Source: Oopsacas minuta
Taxonomy: Eukaryota; Animalia; Porifera
Assembly: GCA_024704765.1 (NCBI GenBank)
Contig: JAKMXF010000111.1
Location: 1,070,619-1,134,618, forward strand
Reading direction: 5' to 3'
DNA: 64,000 bases
The notes below the pieces were generated by a model. That model was not told the DNA's origin. It saw only the letters and a program-made list of their open reading frames with translations, and made no database searches. The stretch's first letter is position 1; every line of letters begins with the position of its first letter. A program made the translations under genes and the position numbers. Positions 11,007 to 24,050 of this stretch are shown here, in pieces.

Positions 11007-11420
11007 GATTCTCGAGTTATAATTGAATATTCATAAAAACTTGTCATCCATGGTCTCTAACTTAACTCAACAACGAGCCAACTTTTGAATGACAAATTTT
11101 TGACATTTTGTATAAAAGGATCTATAGATTATTTCATTTATTCACTCTGAGTTGATAAATTCAATATTTAACGTTCTACAAGACATCAAAGAATGATATA
11201 TTTTGCTAAATAAATGCTTACTAGACACATATTTTTATACATTCCTAAAAGTTTTTACCATTTATTTGTGTAAAATTTGATGTCCTACAAATCTGCAAAA
11301 CATTTATTCAGGCAAAAATGCACCTTTTCTACAATAAAGAAACCATGTATATAAATGCTTTCAGCTAATACTTCATCCCTGGTACTTTTACTGTTAGGCC
11401 ATATATTTAGTAGGCTATGG
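11007..11420. mobile_element. Inverted partial copy of the MITE at 8169-8582
   Basis: Reverse complement matches 8170-8582 almost base for base over about 410 bp. Confidence 0.85.
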
Positions 11421-11544
11421 TTTAACCAAATTGATTAAGAATTACTAACGTTTTGTTACGTTATGCTTATTGTGGTTATACTACAATAATCAATATTATC
11501 CAAACGCGATTAATCTATAATTCTATATAATAATAATAATTAAA

Positions 11545-11898
11545 AATAATAATAATAATAATTTAGTGCACACCCCAGGGCTGATTTTTGCCATACAGGG
11601 AGGAGTATTTGGGCCTGACTCGGACAAGTTTGAATCTTGGACGAAAATTCACACCTGACGAAATTATGATGCCATTGCCACCTTTTTGGATTTTCGAAAA
11701 TCACATGATTAGCCACACTGCTCAGCGACCTAGCAAGCAAAGGGCGCTAGTGTTAAATAATTAGCTTGTTTCGAAGATGCTCATCTGCGAATATAAGTAT
11801 TAAATAAAGATATGTATTAGAATTAAAAAAATTGCCGAGGAGGGAGATTAAATGGGGCGAGCGGGGATGATAAACATGTATATTATTTTATATGGCCT
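11545..11898. mobile_element. Left-end fragment (inverted) of the TIR element at 46878-47561
   Basis: Reverse complement of about 46878-47225, ending ...ATTTTATATGGCCT. A shorter related piece lies at about 9800-9910. Confidence 0.8.
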
Positions 11899-12432
11899 AA
11901 ATAGAACAATGATAATATGGTTGCAACATATGTTGCTGTATCTAAAATGTATAGCACCATATGATACTACGAAAATGTAACTCGTTTTGTAAAGTAAATG
12001 ATGGGATCTGATGGGATTTAAAATATTTTGGTTACAATTGCGTCGTAAGATATGTTGCTACTAATAAAAACTTAAGTATTTAATTGAAAATTAAAACAGT
12101 TCTATTAGAATTATAATTCTGAGGATCTAGGGAAATTTTATAATTAAAGTGTCAAACAGTGAGACTCAAATAGTGGGGCCGTGTCTCCAAAAGACATCAG
12201 AGAATGTTTCAATCAATATTTAAAGTTTAGTGACCATGCTATGATTGTACTCAATTGGAAATCTATATTATTAAATCTCAATTGTTGTTTGTTTGTCCGT
12301 TGTCAAGGAAAAGGATTTATGGTATGTAATTTAATTGTCGCATAACTATGTATTTATCGTGTTTATCAAGTAAATAGAATTCAATCAAACACTAAATATA
12401 TCGAAAATGCTGAATCCGTTTTTCACACTTGG

Positions 12433-12487
<55 letters not shown>
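12433..12487. repeat. (ATT)n microsatellite
   Basis: Direct reading of the sequence. Confidence 0.95.
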
Positions 12488-12489
<2 letters not shown>

Positions 12490-14364
12490 ATTATTAACTA
12501 AAGAGTATATGTAAAAGATTTAATACATAAGCTAAATAAATAGCCAGCGAAACACATTTTGTTATTGTCTACTACTATTATTATTATTATTATTATCATT
12601 ATTATAAACGGCTACTGATGGGGATAAGACAATACGCTGAATCCGAATTTCGAATTTTCAAGTTTCTCATATATCAATTTATTGTTGTTTTTATGATATA
12701 CAGTAAACTAATTAGCCAAACCTCAAAATAGATGTACAGGCTTGCTCTAAACGGCTACAAAGGGGGTTGATCGTACAAAATAATTCAATAATATAATATA
12801 TATGGCATATACGTATATTCGTGATTACATTGTTCTAAATCTATCTATATAACTGAAATCAATTTAGATGACACATTTAAACGACATTATAATTTATAGC
12901 CTGTTATAGAATGGTCCCTTAAAAACGGTCCTTTTAAGTCGAGATATCAATATAAGCAGTATCAATATAGAGCTCAGCTCTAGCTATGTAGGTGGCCGAT
13001 ATGACCTGCGAAATTTTTCACTATATAATAATTATCACTTGCATTCAACAAGATAAGGTGAATTATATCTCGAAAAAGACCTTCAAAAGTAGAATATAAA
13101 GAACGCTTATAATCTTACACCTACAATCAAAATTCCTATATTCAAATAGCAATTCTTACTCTTACTGATAGAATGGGAGGTGGAAGTCCTTCCTCCTCTC
13201 CTCGTTGACTCCTTACAAGGGTTCTACAAACATAAAAAATGACATACTATATGACACCAATTTCGACAATTTGTGACATTATAAAGTCAAAGGTTTTGAT
13301 TTACGACTTCTTACTATTAAATTTGTCACATAAATTCATAAATTTTACCTCATTTTTCCTTTCCAGGGATTAGAAAAATTTAAATCCCGAAATCCCGCAG
13401 AGAAAAGATGTCCAAGATTGAAAGTTCTAGTGACAACCTTAAAATCTTACATTGTGTCAGGCCAAAAATCATAAACCAAGTGTAAATTACAAAGTAACAT
13501 ACTAAATAAGGGGTTCTTACCTTGAATCCTCTCCCATCTCCTCACTTCCACTCTCCTACATAATCTCAAGACCGCCCCCAACCCAAGAATTAAATCTTGG
13601 GTTCCTTCTATAAGGGGGGCGGAGTTTGCAATGGTGTTGCTATTCGATTACTAATTATATAATAATGAATGAATCTATAAACAAACACTTCAAGTTATGT
13701 TACAAAAAATCAGAGTAAATTCTCCAGGGATCAAAATTGGATAATAAAAGTAATTGGCCACATCGTAGCTGGACATTTGTAGATATTAATGGGGATTTTA
13801 AATTATTTTTGGTTGTTTATTTTATATGTCTCTTGGATTCAATAAAAAACAACACGAATGATACACTCAGATTTCGCTAATAAGTGGATAAATATGATAC
13901 CGTGTATACCTACGTATATGAGTATATGTAATTTATCAGCAAATGTGTTCGAAGGGATAATTATGGTTTTGGAGATTATTTACTTACTAATAACATCTTC
14001 AAGATCTACTCACTTATTGAAGCAAGATTTTACTTTAATACAGCTACAGTCAGCAATTAAATCTTGTTTTAGAGTTACTGAGGTACTACCTCTTGTATCA
14101 GGTCTTGACTCTCCAATGGCTCGAATAATTTTTACGTATTTGTTATATGTTTGAAACCAGCTTTACTAGTAATAATTATATACCGAAAATGAAAATAGCT
14201 AAATTTTTTCGGCTACGATTAGGAATTTGTAAAAGGTTCCGGAAGAGCCGAATGCTCGATCCTCGTTGCATCCTACGGCCATGGCTCATTGTAAGTAATT
14301 AAGACATCATATTATCATATCCCTCATCTCAGTAATCTATCAGCAATACTATAGTCTAACTAGT

Positions 14365-16022
14365 TCATGCATAAAGAATATCGTAATGTCCAGGTCTGTA
14401 TAACAAGTTGATAGTTACATTGATAGGACTGCCTTCTTGGAACTTGTGTTCTTGAACCTTCATGCCTCTATCCATATACTGAACAATTATTCTGATATTC
14501 AAACAGGTTGACAATCCATCAATATGCAAATGATCACTCTCCACATACATTGGCTCTACTTCCTACAAGAATACTCACTCAGCTATGGAAAAATTGGTTT
14601 TCATTATGCTAATAGTTTTCTCTATACAGTAGACTTTCATTAATATGAACACAATTAATACGAACAAACATTTCCGCAAAATCAGGTTCCTACAATTGTT
14701 ACTCAATTCTTATTACTCAGGATAAAGTGAACAAATTTGGACTGTCCGTTGGTGTTCATATTAACAAAATTCCACTGTATTTTTTATTTTATATAAATAC
14801 ATTCCCATACTCATTTATTTATACTCACTTCAGAAAGAAAGGATTTGATAGTTGGGTACTTTGAACTGATAAAGTTAAGATAGAATTCTGCATTACGTTG
14901 TAGCTGTACAGATACGATTAGTCTCATGAAACACACCATGTAGTCTGATAGTCCTGAGTCTTGATAAGTCTAAAAATAGTGTATTTAGCATATTTATCTA
15001 CTTTATTTGAAACATATTTATTAGATCTAACTTTTAGAAGATATTCAATATCTGTTTCTTCTTCTTTCAGTTTATCCAGCACTTCTATGAACTAACATTT
15101 GATAACAGTTTATAAGAATAATATTCGCACTGTACTTACATTGTCATAGAAATCCTCTACAGTCATATCTGGGTATCCAAACTTCCCAATGAGATCTGTC
15201 TTCACAGCTGTTAAACTTGGTTTAATTCTATAGGAATATTTATATGTTCATTTGGGATAAATATTAGAATTTTATTGAATATACATACTTGTCAATTTCT
15301 GATTTGTTAGCGAGAAGCTGTTCCATCAGTGAAAATCCAAAACTTCTAAAAAAGCAATTTCCATCTTGTCTAATTCTCCTAATCTTGCTGTAATTCTTCT
15401 CAATTTCCTTAAAGAGAAAGTATACTGCATTCAGATATCAGATCAGCATCCAGAGACTCCATGAACATGCATACCTGTATTTTAGCTTGATAAACACTAT
15501 CATCATTAGCATACACAGTTTTAAGTACACTTGTGGGTTCTATATCACCAACCAGATGCTGTTTGGAAACCTAAATTGTATTGCAATAAAGTTAGTCAAC
15601 TCTAGACAATTATATCGCAGTCTAAGGACCTTTAATGTAGATTCACTTCGTTTTGTTGGAATGTTTTCGGAGATTTCCGGATATTTAATATACGTACATA
15701 TATTGAATTAAGCAGGTATATTATATTATATTATATTATTATTATTATTACTACTAATAGAACTCTACCTCTTTCTCAATGTCTTGCTTCATGTGCTCCA
15801 CTGCTTGATCATGTTCCATTGCTAAACAAATAATCTATGTTATATTTCCTACAATTATATATGATATATATAAAAAAATAATACCAATAAAAATGATGTC
15901 ATAATCTCACCAGACATTTTTAGATAATCTGGAATATCAGCATTGCTTGCGTCTGTTGTATCTGTTGCTGTTACTGGTTCCACGGGAATAACCACTTCCT
16001 CACTACTTGTATTACTTGCCAT
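14365..16022 (-). CDS. OTUB1: Otubain (OTUB1-like) deubiquitinase, multi-exon
   Basis: Exons encode IRRIRQDGNCFFRSFGF (catalytic D/C), DYMVCFMRL, EVEPMYVESDHLHI and LLYRPGHYDILY (catalytic H). Confidence 0.9.
14627..14777. mobile_element. Tc1/mariner(pogo)-type MITE in an OTUB intron
   Basis: TA|CAGTAGACTTTCATTAATATGAACAC ... GTTCATATTAACAAAATTCCACTG|TA: TIRs plus TA flanks. Confidence 0.75.
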
Positions 16023-16581
16023 AAATTGTTTCTACTTGCTGGTAATAATAAAGTACATACGTACGTATTATAGTTTGTAAAAGTGATCATTATAAGTAAA
16101 CACAGCCTTGATACAGCCAAATTGGATTGTGGACGTTAGTCTATGTACTTGAGCATACAATCACTACACATTCTTTGAGTTTTGACAGCTGTTATACACG
16201 AAATATTTCATCTTTATCAAACAGATCGTGATCTCTCATACTATGCATGTCCGAGTTATCCTCATTGAATCTAGGAAACTGCAGTTCGCTACTACATATA
16301 ATCATTGAGACAATATTTTCTGCTCACTCAAGTTTATAAGATTGTATTGTCTGCATTAAGTTGTGGGTTTATTTTATCTATATGCCCCTGTCCTGGCGGT
16401 GGCCTCACCTCTTTTTGAAAGTTTCTGAGAGTTAAAACCGTATTTAAAGTCGTGGCTCCTATATCAATGGCCCCCCCCCCCCCCCCCCCCCAAATGGAAA
16501 ATCCTCTAATTCATTCAAATTATTAAATAATAGTGTATAATTATACGTGAAAATGTTCGTTAACTATCATATTCTACTGTT

Positions 16582-17448
16582 TTACATAGCATTCTTTATG
16601 TAGCGTGGAACAGTCAGGAATACTCCTCTATGATATTCCTGACTATAAACAGATATGTCTAATTCATCCAGGTCCTTATGGGATAATGTTCTCAAGGGTT
16701 CCTTGAAGTTAATTTCATTAGATTTGCAACAAAGCAAGAACCCCAGAGCACCGTATGGATAAGTAGGAACATTGAAAGTAGCATAGTCTACTGTTGGGAA
16801 TAGTTCACGTGAGAATTTCATCATTTTTTGGATAATCTCTAAATCAAACCAAATGCAACCAGCTTGTGAGCAGAGAATACCATCAGGTCGTAGTACTCTC
16901 TTCAGTAGAGTGTAGTGATCCTTCTCAAACAGGGCCTCTGCTGGTCCCACTGGGTCACTTGTATCCGAGACTATGACGTCAAAAGAACAATCTGCACACT
17001 CTTTTATATACTGTACTGCATCACCTATAACAACCTTAGCTTTAGGATGTGAGAAACCAGCTGATAAGCCAGGTAGATACTTCTTGGATAGCTCAATAAC
17101 CCTCTCATCTATCTCACACATTACTACTTCCTCTACTGAGGGGTGTTTGACTGCTTCTCTCAATGCTCCTCCGTCCCCTCCCCCTATAATAAGCACCCTC
17201 TTAGGATTAGGATGCGACATAATAGGTATATGTACGATATTCTCATTGTATACTCTTTCATCTTTCTCTGTCAACTGTATAGCCCCGTCTAATACAAGCA
17301 CTGTACCAAATGCTTGGTTCTTGAACAATAGAATATCTTGATATTTTGATTTCTCACTAGCAAGCACCTCACTAACTTCTAGGGATGTAGCTTGATGCGG
17401 CCACATGCTGTTCTTTTCATGAAACCAACCGTCTACTATCAACTCCAT
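16582..17448 (-). CDS. SRM: Spermidine synthase, intronless
   Basis: GWFHE, SKYQDI, VLVLDGAIQLTEKDE, VLIIGGGDGG, DTSDPVGPA and PTYP motifs. Confidence 0.96.
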   Translation of the reverse strand: MELIVDGWFHEKNSMWPHQATSLEVSEVLASEKSKYQDILLFKNQAFGTVLVLDGAIQLTEKDERVYNENIVHIPIMSHPNPKRVLIIGGGDGGALREAVKHPSVEEVVMCEIDERVIELSKKYLPGLSAGFSHPKAKVVIGDAVQYIKECADCSFDVIVSDTSDPVGPAEALFEKDHYTLLKRVLRPDGILCSQAGCIWFDLEIIQKMMKFSRELFPTVDYATFNVPTYPYGALGFLLCCKSNEINFKEPLRTLSHKDLDELDISVYSQEYHRGVFLTVPRYIKNAM

Positions 17449-17460
17449 AAATGCTAAGTA

Positions 17461-18781
17461 CAGTCTGTAACATATTATAGAGAATTATTCAATGAGCTAG
17501 AACAGAACCAATTTTCCTGAATGATTACTAATTCATGTGATTTAGTTTGAAAAACATCACTAGATAATAATTTATAGCAAAACCACCAGATTCTATTACC
17601 ATCTGGCATCTGTGTGGCATCGAATCACAATATGGCTTTAGAAATTCAGGGGTTATCTTAGCCCATACAATTTCAAGCTTCTTCCTTAGCTCTGAAATTG
17701 TCCTCGGAGCCAATTTTATAAGTTCTCGTTTTACCCAACTGAAAACATTTCTATTGGGTTGATATCGGGGCTCTGAGAAGGCCAAGGAAGATGATCTAGA
17801 TAGGCCTTGACAAGTTTAGAGGTGTGCTTTGGGTCATTGTCCATGACAAGACGCCATTCATTTCGGTGGAAGATTTCTGCCTGAGTTAACAAATGCCCTT
17901 CTAGAATATCAACAAACATTTGACTGTTCATATTTTCGGTGAAAATACATAGAGAAATGTTCCCATTGAACTAAACCCCGCCCAAACATTGATCTTTGGA
18001 GAATGCTTAGTTGTCGGGACTATTCGTTTTTGGCCTGATTTTGTCCACATTTTGATCCTTCCTCGAGCAAGCCAAATCGGCATTTCATCAATAAATACTG
18101 TTTGGTACCACGCTTTCTTGGGATATTTGTACTTCTTAGCCCATTGTCGCCTTGCAAGTCGATTTTTCTCGCTAATCATTGGTTTATTTGTCGGTTGTTT
18201 TTTGTTATAGTCAGGATCTTTCATCGCGCGCCAGACTGTTTCGTGTGAGGGTTACCGGGGGTAAGTGATGCCAAAGTACGTAAAGAAAGATAGGCCTTAC
18301 GTCTGATCTGTTGAGTAACGCTTCTCTTAACAGATAATCTAAGGCTAGATGGCCTACCAGCCCCCCTACGATGTTCAAGACCAACATTATGTTGTTTTCT
18401 TGATTTTACTCGATAACCGTGGCCACACTGACGCCAAGTTTCTTTGAAATCTGAACAACAGATAGACCAGAACTGATAAGTGATGTTTCTATCTGTAGTC
18501 TCTTTCGCTGTTGACTCATATCAAGGGATTACAAGCTAAAATTAGAATATTTTGAATTTACAAGTTATTATTCAAGAATTGAGAAAAATGATGACGTAGC
18601 AATAGATTCTTCATACAAATTAAATATTGAAGGATTCAATCTAAGTTGATAAATGGTCAAAATAGTTAAGAAAGGATATGTCGAACTAATTCTACATGTA
18701 AATGATATTGTAAAGTATGATTGAAAGAAATTGGTTCTTTAAGAATATATCGAAAATTCTCAATAATTATGTTACAGACTG
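17461..18781 (-). mobile_element. Near full-length Tc1-like DNA transposon with frameshifted transposase (about 18519 to 17550)
   Basis: TIRs CAGTCTGTAACATA(A)TTAT(A/T)GAGAATT with TA on both sides. Transposase pieces: HTH ...ISKKLGVSVATV, GAGRP, HETVWRAM, VFIDE, HSPKINVWAGF, MDNDPKH, WPSQSPDINPIE. Confidence 0.9.
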
Positions 18782-18920
18782 TATATAAAATTAATCAAAA
18801 TATGAATATATCAGGAAAAAAGCGTTTAATTGATTAATCATAAAAGACAATCACATACAAAAGTGCAATTGACATAAAAGTATAAGTGAGTAACTGTGTT
18901 GATACTTGGTCCAATAACTG

Positions 18921-21506
18921 TTAATCTTTGCGATATTTTAAATAATATGATTTGAATTTCTCGAGAAATACAAACAAGAGAATAGTGTGTGGTCCCACTC
19001 GTGCAAAATAGGCTAAAGAGCCTTTCCATAGACTGAAAAATCCTTCTGTTTTTATTGTCTTAACAAAAACGTCCTATAAAGATTAATTGGTGATTACAAA
19101 TGACTAAGATATTGCTCAGCTATACTTTAGTACAGTTTTTGTGTATTAGCTCTTCTATCTTCGAGGAAAGGTCATTTTTTCGGATTAATGAAAATCACCT
19201 TTTCGAATGAGGGGATGGGGTTTTTGTATTGATAAAAACTGTACTAGTATATAGCTCAGCTATACATAAGGAATCTCAATTGATTAATAGTATCTATAAT
19301 CACGTGTATCATATTATTATATAACACTTACTGCTGCGCTGGTATATGTTGAATGTCCATCAAGTATCTTCTGATTTTGAATCCTTGAATATGTAATGTG
19401 TCAAAATTAAAAGTGGATATGATTTATAAAATACAGTTTAACTCAAGTTATATTGAAATACCCGCTGATATATCTAAGTTTGAAATTGTCCAATTATGGT
19501 CACAAACCGTCAAAGTAACAATATATATATTACATCGGTTTTATTGCAGTAATAATCGCGGTCCTTTGAGCTTCGATATAACTGAGTTGACCATAGTTAT
19601 TATTTTAATTTCTAATACGTACCTTGTTTTGCAGAGATCTACTGGCATTGTAGCAATAGTAGCCATACCTCCAGCAAACACACTACTAACAACATGACAG
19701 TATACATTATCTGACATATAATCTATAAGGATGAGTAACATATAATACGCACGAGTATTATATCATTTATGGTTAGTAAAACTTACTGTGGTGAATAAGA
19801 AGCTGTTTTGCTTGTGAGTATGAAGCTAGTTGTGATGAGTTAGAGAACATAGCTCGCACTACAGTAGGTCTCCATCCCTTAATTACTTGAATTAATCACA
19901 TAATTACTAGAATTAGTTACATAAAGTTATTTATAGAATAACTTACAGTTAGAAGAGTGGAAGCACCTTCATACTTAGAAATCTGGTGAAAGCCATGGAA
20001 TACATTCTTATAACCCCTCTTTTCTTTGAGAGGATTTCTAAGAGATTTAAGATACAATTATATGCTACATTTGAACTTGTTTTTTGTCACCTGGTTATTT
20101 AAATTATCGTATTTTGTCCTCGATAAAAAAACAAAGGATTTTGACTGCTAATAGCCTATTCGTCTATATGATTTGTTTTTTCTTTGTAAAGAAATGGACA
20201 AAAACGATTTCCACTGTATTCTATTATTTATAAAATATATTACATACACTGACCTGCCGTCTAAACACATTCTCACCAATACTACATCAGCTGGAGTACC
20301 AAATATAGCGCCTATAGATCCAGCTACAGCCCCTGTATAACAGAAAATGTGAGTAGTTTTTGCTAGATACAGAATCAACAATTTTCCAGTATAACTTACC
20401 AATGAAGCATTTCATAAATATATTAGGAGGTGTTCCATCAGCACTGCATAGATACAAATAGAGAAGTAAAATACAAATAAATTACTGGATATTATTATTT
20501 ATTCAAATTTAAGTATATGTAGATTGTAATATAATTATACTGGAGTTTATTGTGATGTGTGACTAAGATTGGTATGCTATTTTGTAAAGCAAGTACGATA
20601 GGAAAAAAGTTGACGTGGCTATTTAGGGATATTTCTACCTTGTAAAATGATCAAATAGACTTGTGTATACTCCCATCCTTCCTGTAGTGTAAGTAGCTTG
20701 TCTCATCAGACCAGCAGAGAGTCTAAATACAATATCAACTTGCTTACATTAGTAGCTCCAATTAGCGATAGTATAACTCTTCAGTAATGTACAATATCGA
20801 TGGAAATATTACAAATCGCTTAGAAAGCGATTATTATCATGGAACAGTGCTCCCTATTTATGTAAAGGAACACAGAATAGCTTCATGATTGTTCTGTCGG
20901 ATACCAATGACTGGAAAACGCGGAATATTCTAATAGATGATGAACATATTGTACTATACACATTACCATTTCACAGCGGATATTTGTACAAAATTTAAAT
21001 GATACAGTATGAATAACTTCCCTCTTCTAATGGTGAATATTACAATTATGGAGAAACAAGCAATTACCAATTAAGTATGTAATATAATTATCATGAACCG
21101 ACCCACTCCATAATGCCGAGACACCCTCAGATCTAGAGATCTTTACGCCTGCATGTAGAGTATTTTTGTAGATACTCTTTACTCCCAGCTCTCCTACATT
21201 AATAACATAATATATATATATATATATTGGCTTGGTTTATGGCATGTTACCTGTCATTTGCATCCTGTTTTTGAGTACGTCTGTAGGTTGTACGAAACAA
21301 GTTGCTGCCATCCTTCAGATTTAGATAAAATTTTATGAAATCAATTTATTCCTATCCATGGAACAAAGTACTCACCCTGCTATTCCGCCAAAGAAAAAGC
21401 TAGCTAGTTTAGGTATTCTGGTCTGTGGCTTGGGTATCTCTGGGACAGTAGGTATCCCACTTATCTGGCTAGTCGAAGGTGTCATACTCTTATATACAGT
21501 GCTCAT
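18921..21506 (-). CDS. SLC25A11: Mitochondrial 2-oxoglutarate/malate carrier-like (SLC25), about 9 exons
   Basis: Spliced motifs FFFGGIAGMAATCFVQPTDVLKNRMQ, LSAGLMRQATYTT, GTPADVVLVRM, RGYKNVF, MPVDLCKTRIQN and LWKG...RVGPHTIL; three carrier signatures. Confidence 0.82.
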
Positions 21507-21603
21507 GATGTTGTCGATAGTAGAGACAGACTAGCTGATAAGCAACCTAGGTAAAAAGGTGAAATATACTAACTCAAAATTTTCTATTTGAGGAATGTAC
21601 AGT

Positions 21604-22140
21604 TTTACTATCTCTATTACTGGTACCATGGATACTCTATATCCATGACAGAGTTACTACCTTACATGTCAGAATTATTACCCTTTGATCATGACATGAA
21701 ATCGTATAACTCAAGTCTAAGTTCTTATCACACTGATAATAATGCATTTTCAATGGTTTCTTTGTTTCTGTTCTCGAGTTATATTACATAACTACAGTTT
21801 TAACGGTACGCTGATCATTGAGTAGTGAATGACTTAGTAATGTGTCCGGATGGTCAATTAATTGTCTAACGTATCTGTTGTAATTCAGCAAATTCATATT
21901 TTATTTTAGAATATATATTGCTATCATATTTGGAAAAAGTAACAATTTTGAAATAAATGAAGTGAGTAGACATATTGCTATTAATATAACTCGAGAGCAG
22001 AAACAAAGAAACCATTGAAAATGTATTATCAGTGTGATAAGAAATTAGAGGTGAGTTATACGGTTTCATGTTATGATCAAAGGGTAATAATTCTGTCATG
22101 GATATAGAGTATCCATGGTACCAGTAATAGAGGTAGTAAA
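21604..22140. repeat. Long inverted repeat (arms 21604-21786 and 21982-22140, about 195-bp spacer)
   Basis: The arms are reverse complements. The left arm has an extra 21-bp internal duplication. Confidence 0.9.
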
Positions 22141-22852
22141 TCTGTCATACAACAGCCCCAACTGGACAAAAATTTTTGTACATAATAAAGAGACTATTAA
22201 TCACAAAAGCGAAAATTTCTATAGCTGTATTTAGCTCTTTATTAATGATTTTGATATGGTATTCTAGGCCACCATGCAGCTAGGAAAATGGAAAGATTAA
22301 TTATTCGGTCTCTTTCAATGGAAACACAACCGAACACCACAATTGTCGATCACTGAGATATATAAATGGGAATAACAACAAACAACCTTTCTATATTAAT
22401 GTATCGTTATTATTTTGTACGTTCGTATAGTATCTCTGATAATTCTATAATTTCAAATTAATTGGAACACGATAGCCTTGTAACCAGAGGAGATACAGCA
22501 AATTATAACCAATTTGAGACAGGCTAAGATCTAGTAAATTGATATTATATATTTATCCTATCGTCAACTTTAAATAGGCTTTTAATCATGGAAATAATAA
22601 ATAGATTTTCTTTAATATGACCATACTGAACATTTGTATAGAGAAGGAGCATCACTCAAATCCTGCTTCTGTGGTATCATGTAACCTTGTGGGATGATGT
22701 GATCTCTCAATTTGGTACTACATTCACTGCGTATATATACCGTAAAACTTAGTTGCAATACTTGTTATCAACTAAAGTTTCGAGTTATATATCCGGTAGC
22801 TAATAAACCCTTATTTCGTTCAAATACAATTAGATAGTGTGGGTAAATAGAA

Positions 22853-24050
22853 ATGAGTTGTTTACCTACTCCGGAGGCGAGGCATGCCAAAGAGGTGAAT
22901 CAACAGATCCAGCGAGATCTTAAGAAACATAAGAAAGATTTGAAAAATACGAAGAAGCTTCTCTTACTGGGAACAGGCGAATCGGGTAAAACTACGTTTA
23001 TCAAACAAATGCGTATACTACATGGCAAGCCTTATTCACAAGCGGAACTGGATAACTTCCGTACTCTCGTATATCGTAACATCTACATTGCAGTTCAGAT
23101 ACTAATTGATGCTATGGATAGGCTAAGTATCCAGTACGAGGAAGCACCAGTTGAGGCAGAGACGAATAGGATCCTTGAAATTGACTATGAGAATCCTCCT
23201 GATCAACTACCCCCAGCTGATTACAGTTATATCAATAAATTCTGGAAAGATAAAGGTATACTTCATCAAAATAAATAATTACTTAGTAATATTAATTCCA
23301 ATACAAATTATTGAACATAAAAAGGCTTAAAAATAGGGATTTCGGGTATTTTGTATGCTAAGTTTGACTGTTTTTATAGGTGTGAAGCAGTGCTTTGAGA
23401 AGAGAAACAAATTCCAGATCTCAGATTCCGCAGAATACTTTCTAGACGCTCTAGACCGCGTGAAGGAAGATGACTACAACCCAACACGAGAAGACATCGT
23501 GAGGGTACGTCTCAAGACAGTAGGGGTACACGAGTACAATTTCAACATCCACGGACAGAACTTCCTCATGGTAGATGTAGGCGGCCAGCGAGGAGAGCGC
23601 AGGAAATGGATTTCTTCTTTTGAGAATGTACAAAGTGTAATATTCCTTACTGCAATCAGTGAGTATGATCAAGTCCTGGCTGAGACTGAGGAAGATGATA
23701 ATCGACTCTTGGAGAGCTTACAACTCTTTGAGACGATTATCAGATATCCATGGTTTAAAAACGCAGCGATAGTGGTGTTCTTCAACAAGTTTGATCTATT
23801 CGAAAAGAAGATATTGACATCTAACCTTGAGGAGTATTTCCCTTACGAGGGGCCTCGAGCAGACGTTAAGGAGGCCAAGAATTATATAAAACAGATGTTC
23901 AGCGAGGTTTATGGTGGTCGCGGCGAAATTCTGTCCACACATTTCACCTGTGCTACAGACACTGATGCGATGGGGAAGATATTCGAAGCAGTGAAGAGTT
24001 ACATCCTGAGCCAAAACATTAAAGAAATAGCTGGAGGAAACTTTTCTTAG
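22853..24050 (+). CDS. Heterotrimeric G protein alpha subunit, Gq-like, copy 1 (exons 22853-23255, 23380-24050)
   Basis: LLLGTGESGKTTFIKQMRILHG, VRVRLKTVG, DVGGQRGERRKWI, NKFD, TCATDT; one phase-1 GT-AG intron. Confidence 0.93.

Noticed and set aside
16470-16491. Poly-C run of about 22 nt (G-run on the minus strand)
   Set aside because: A simple homopolymer, probably TE-derived and of unreliable length; no supporting structure.
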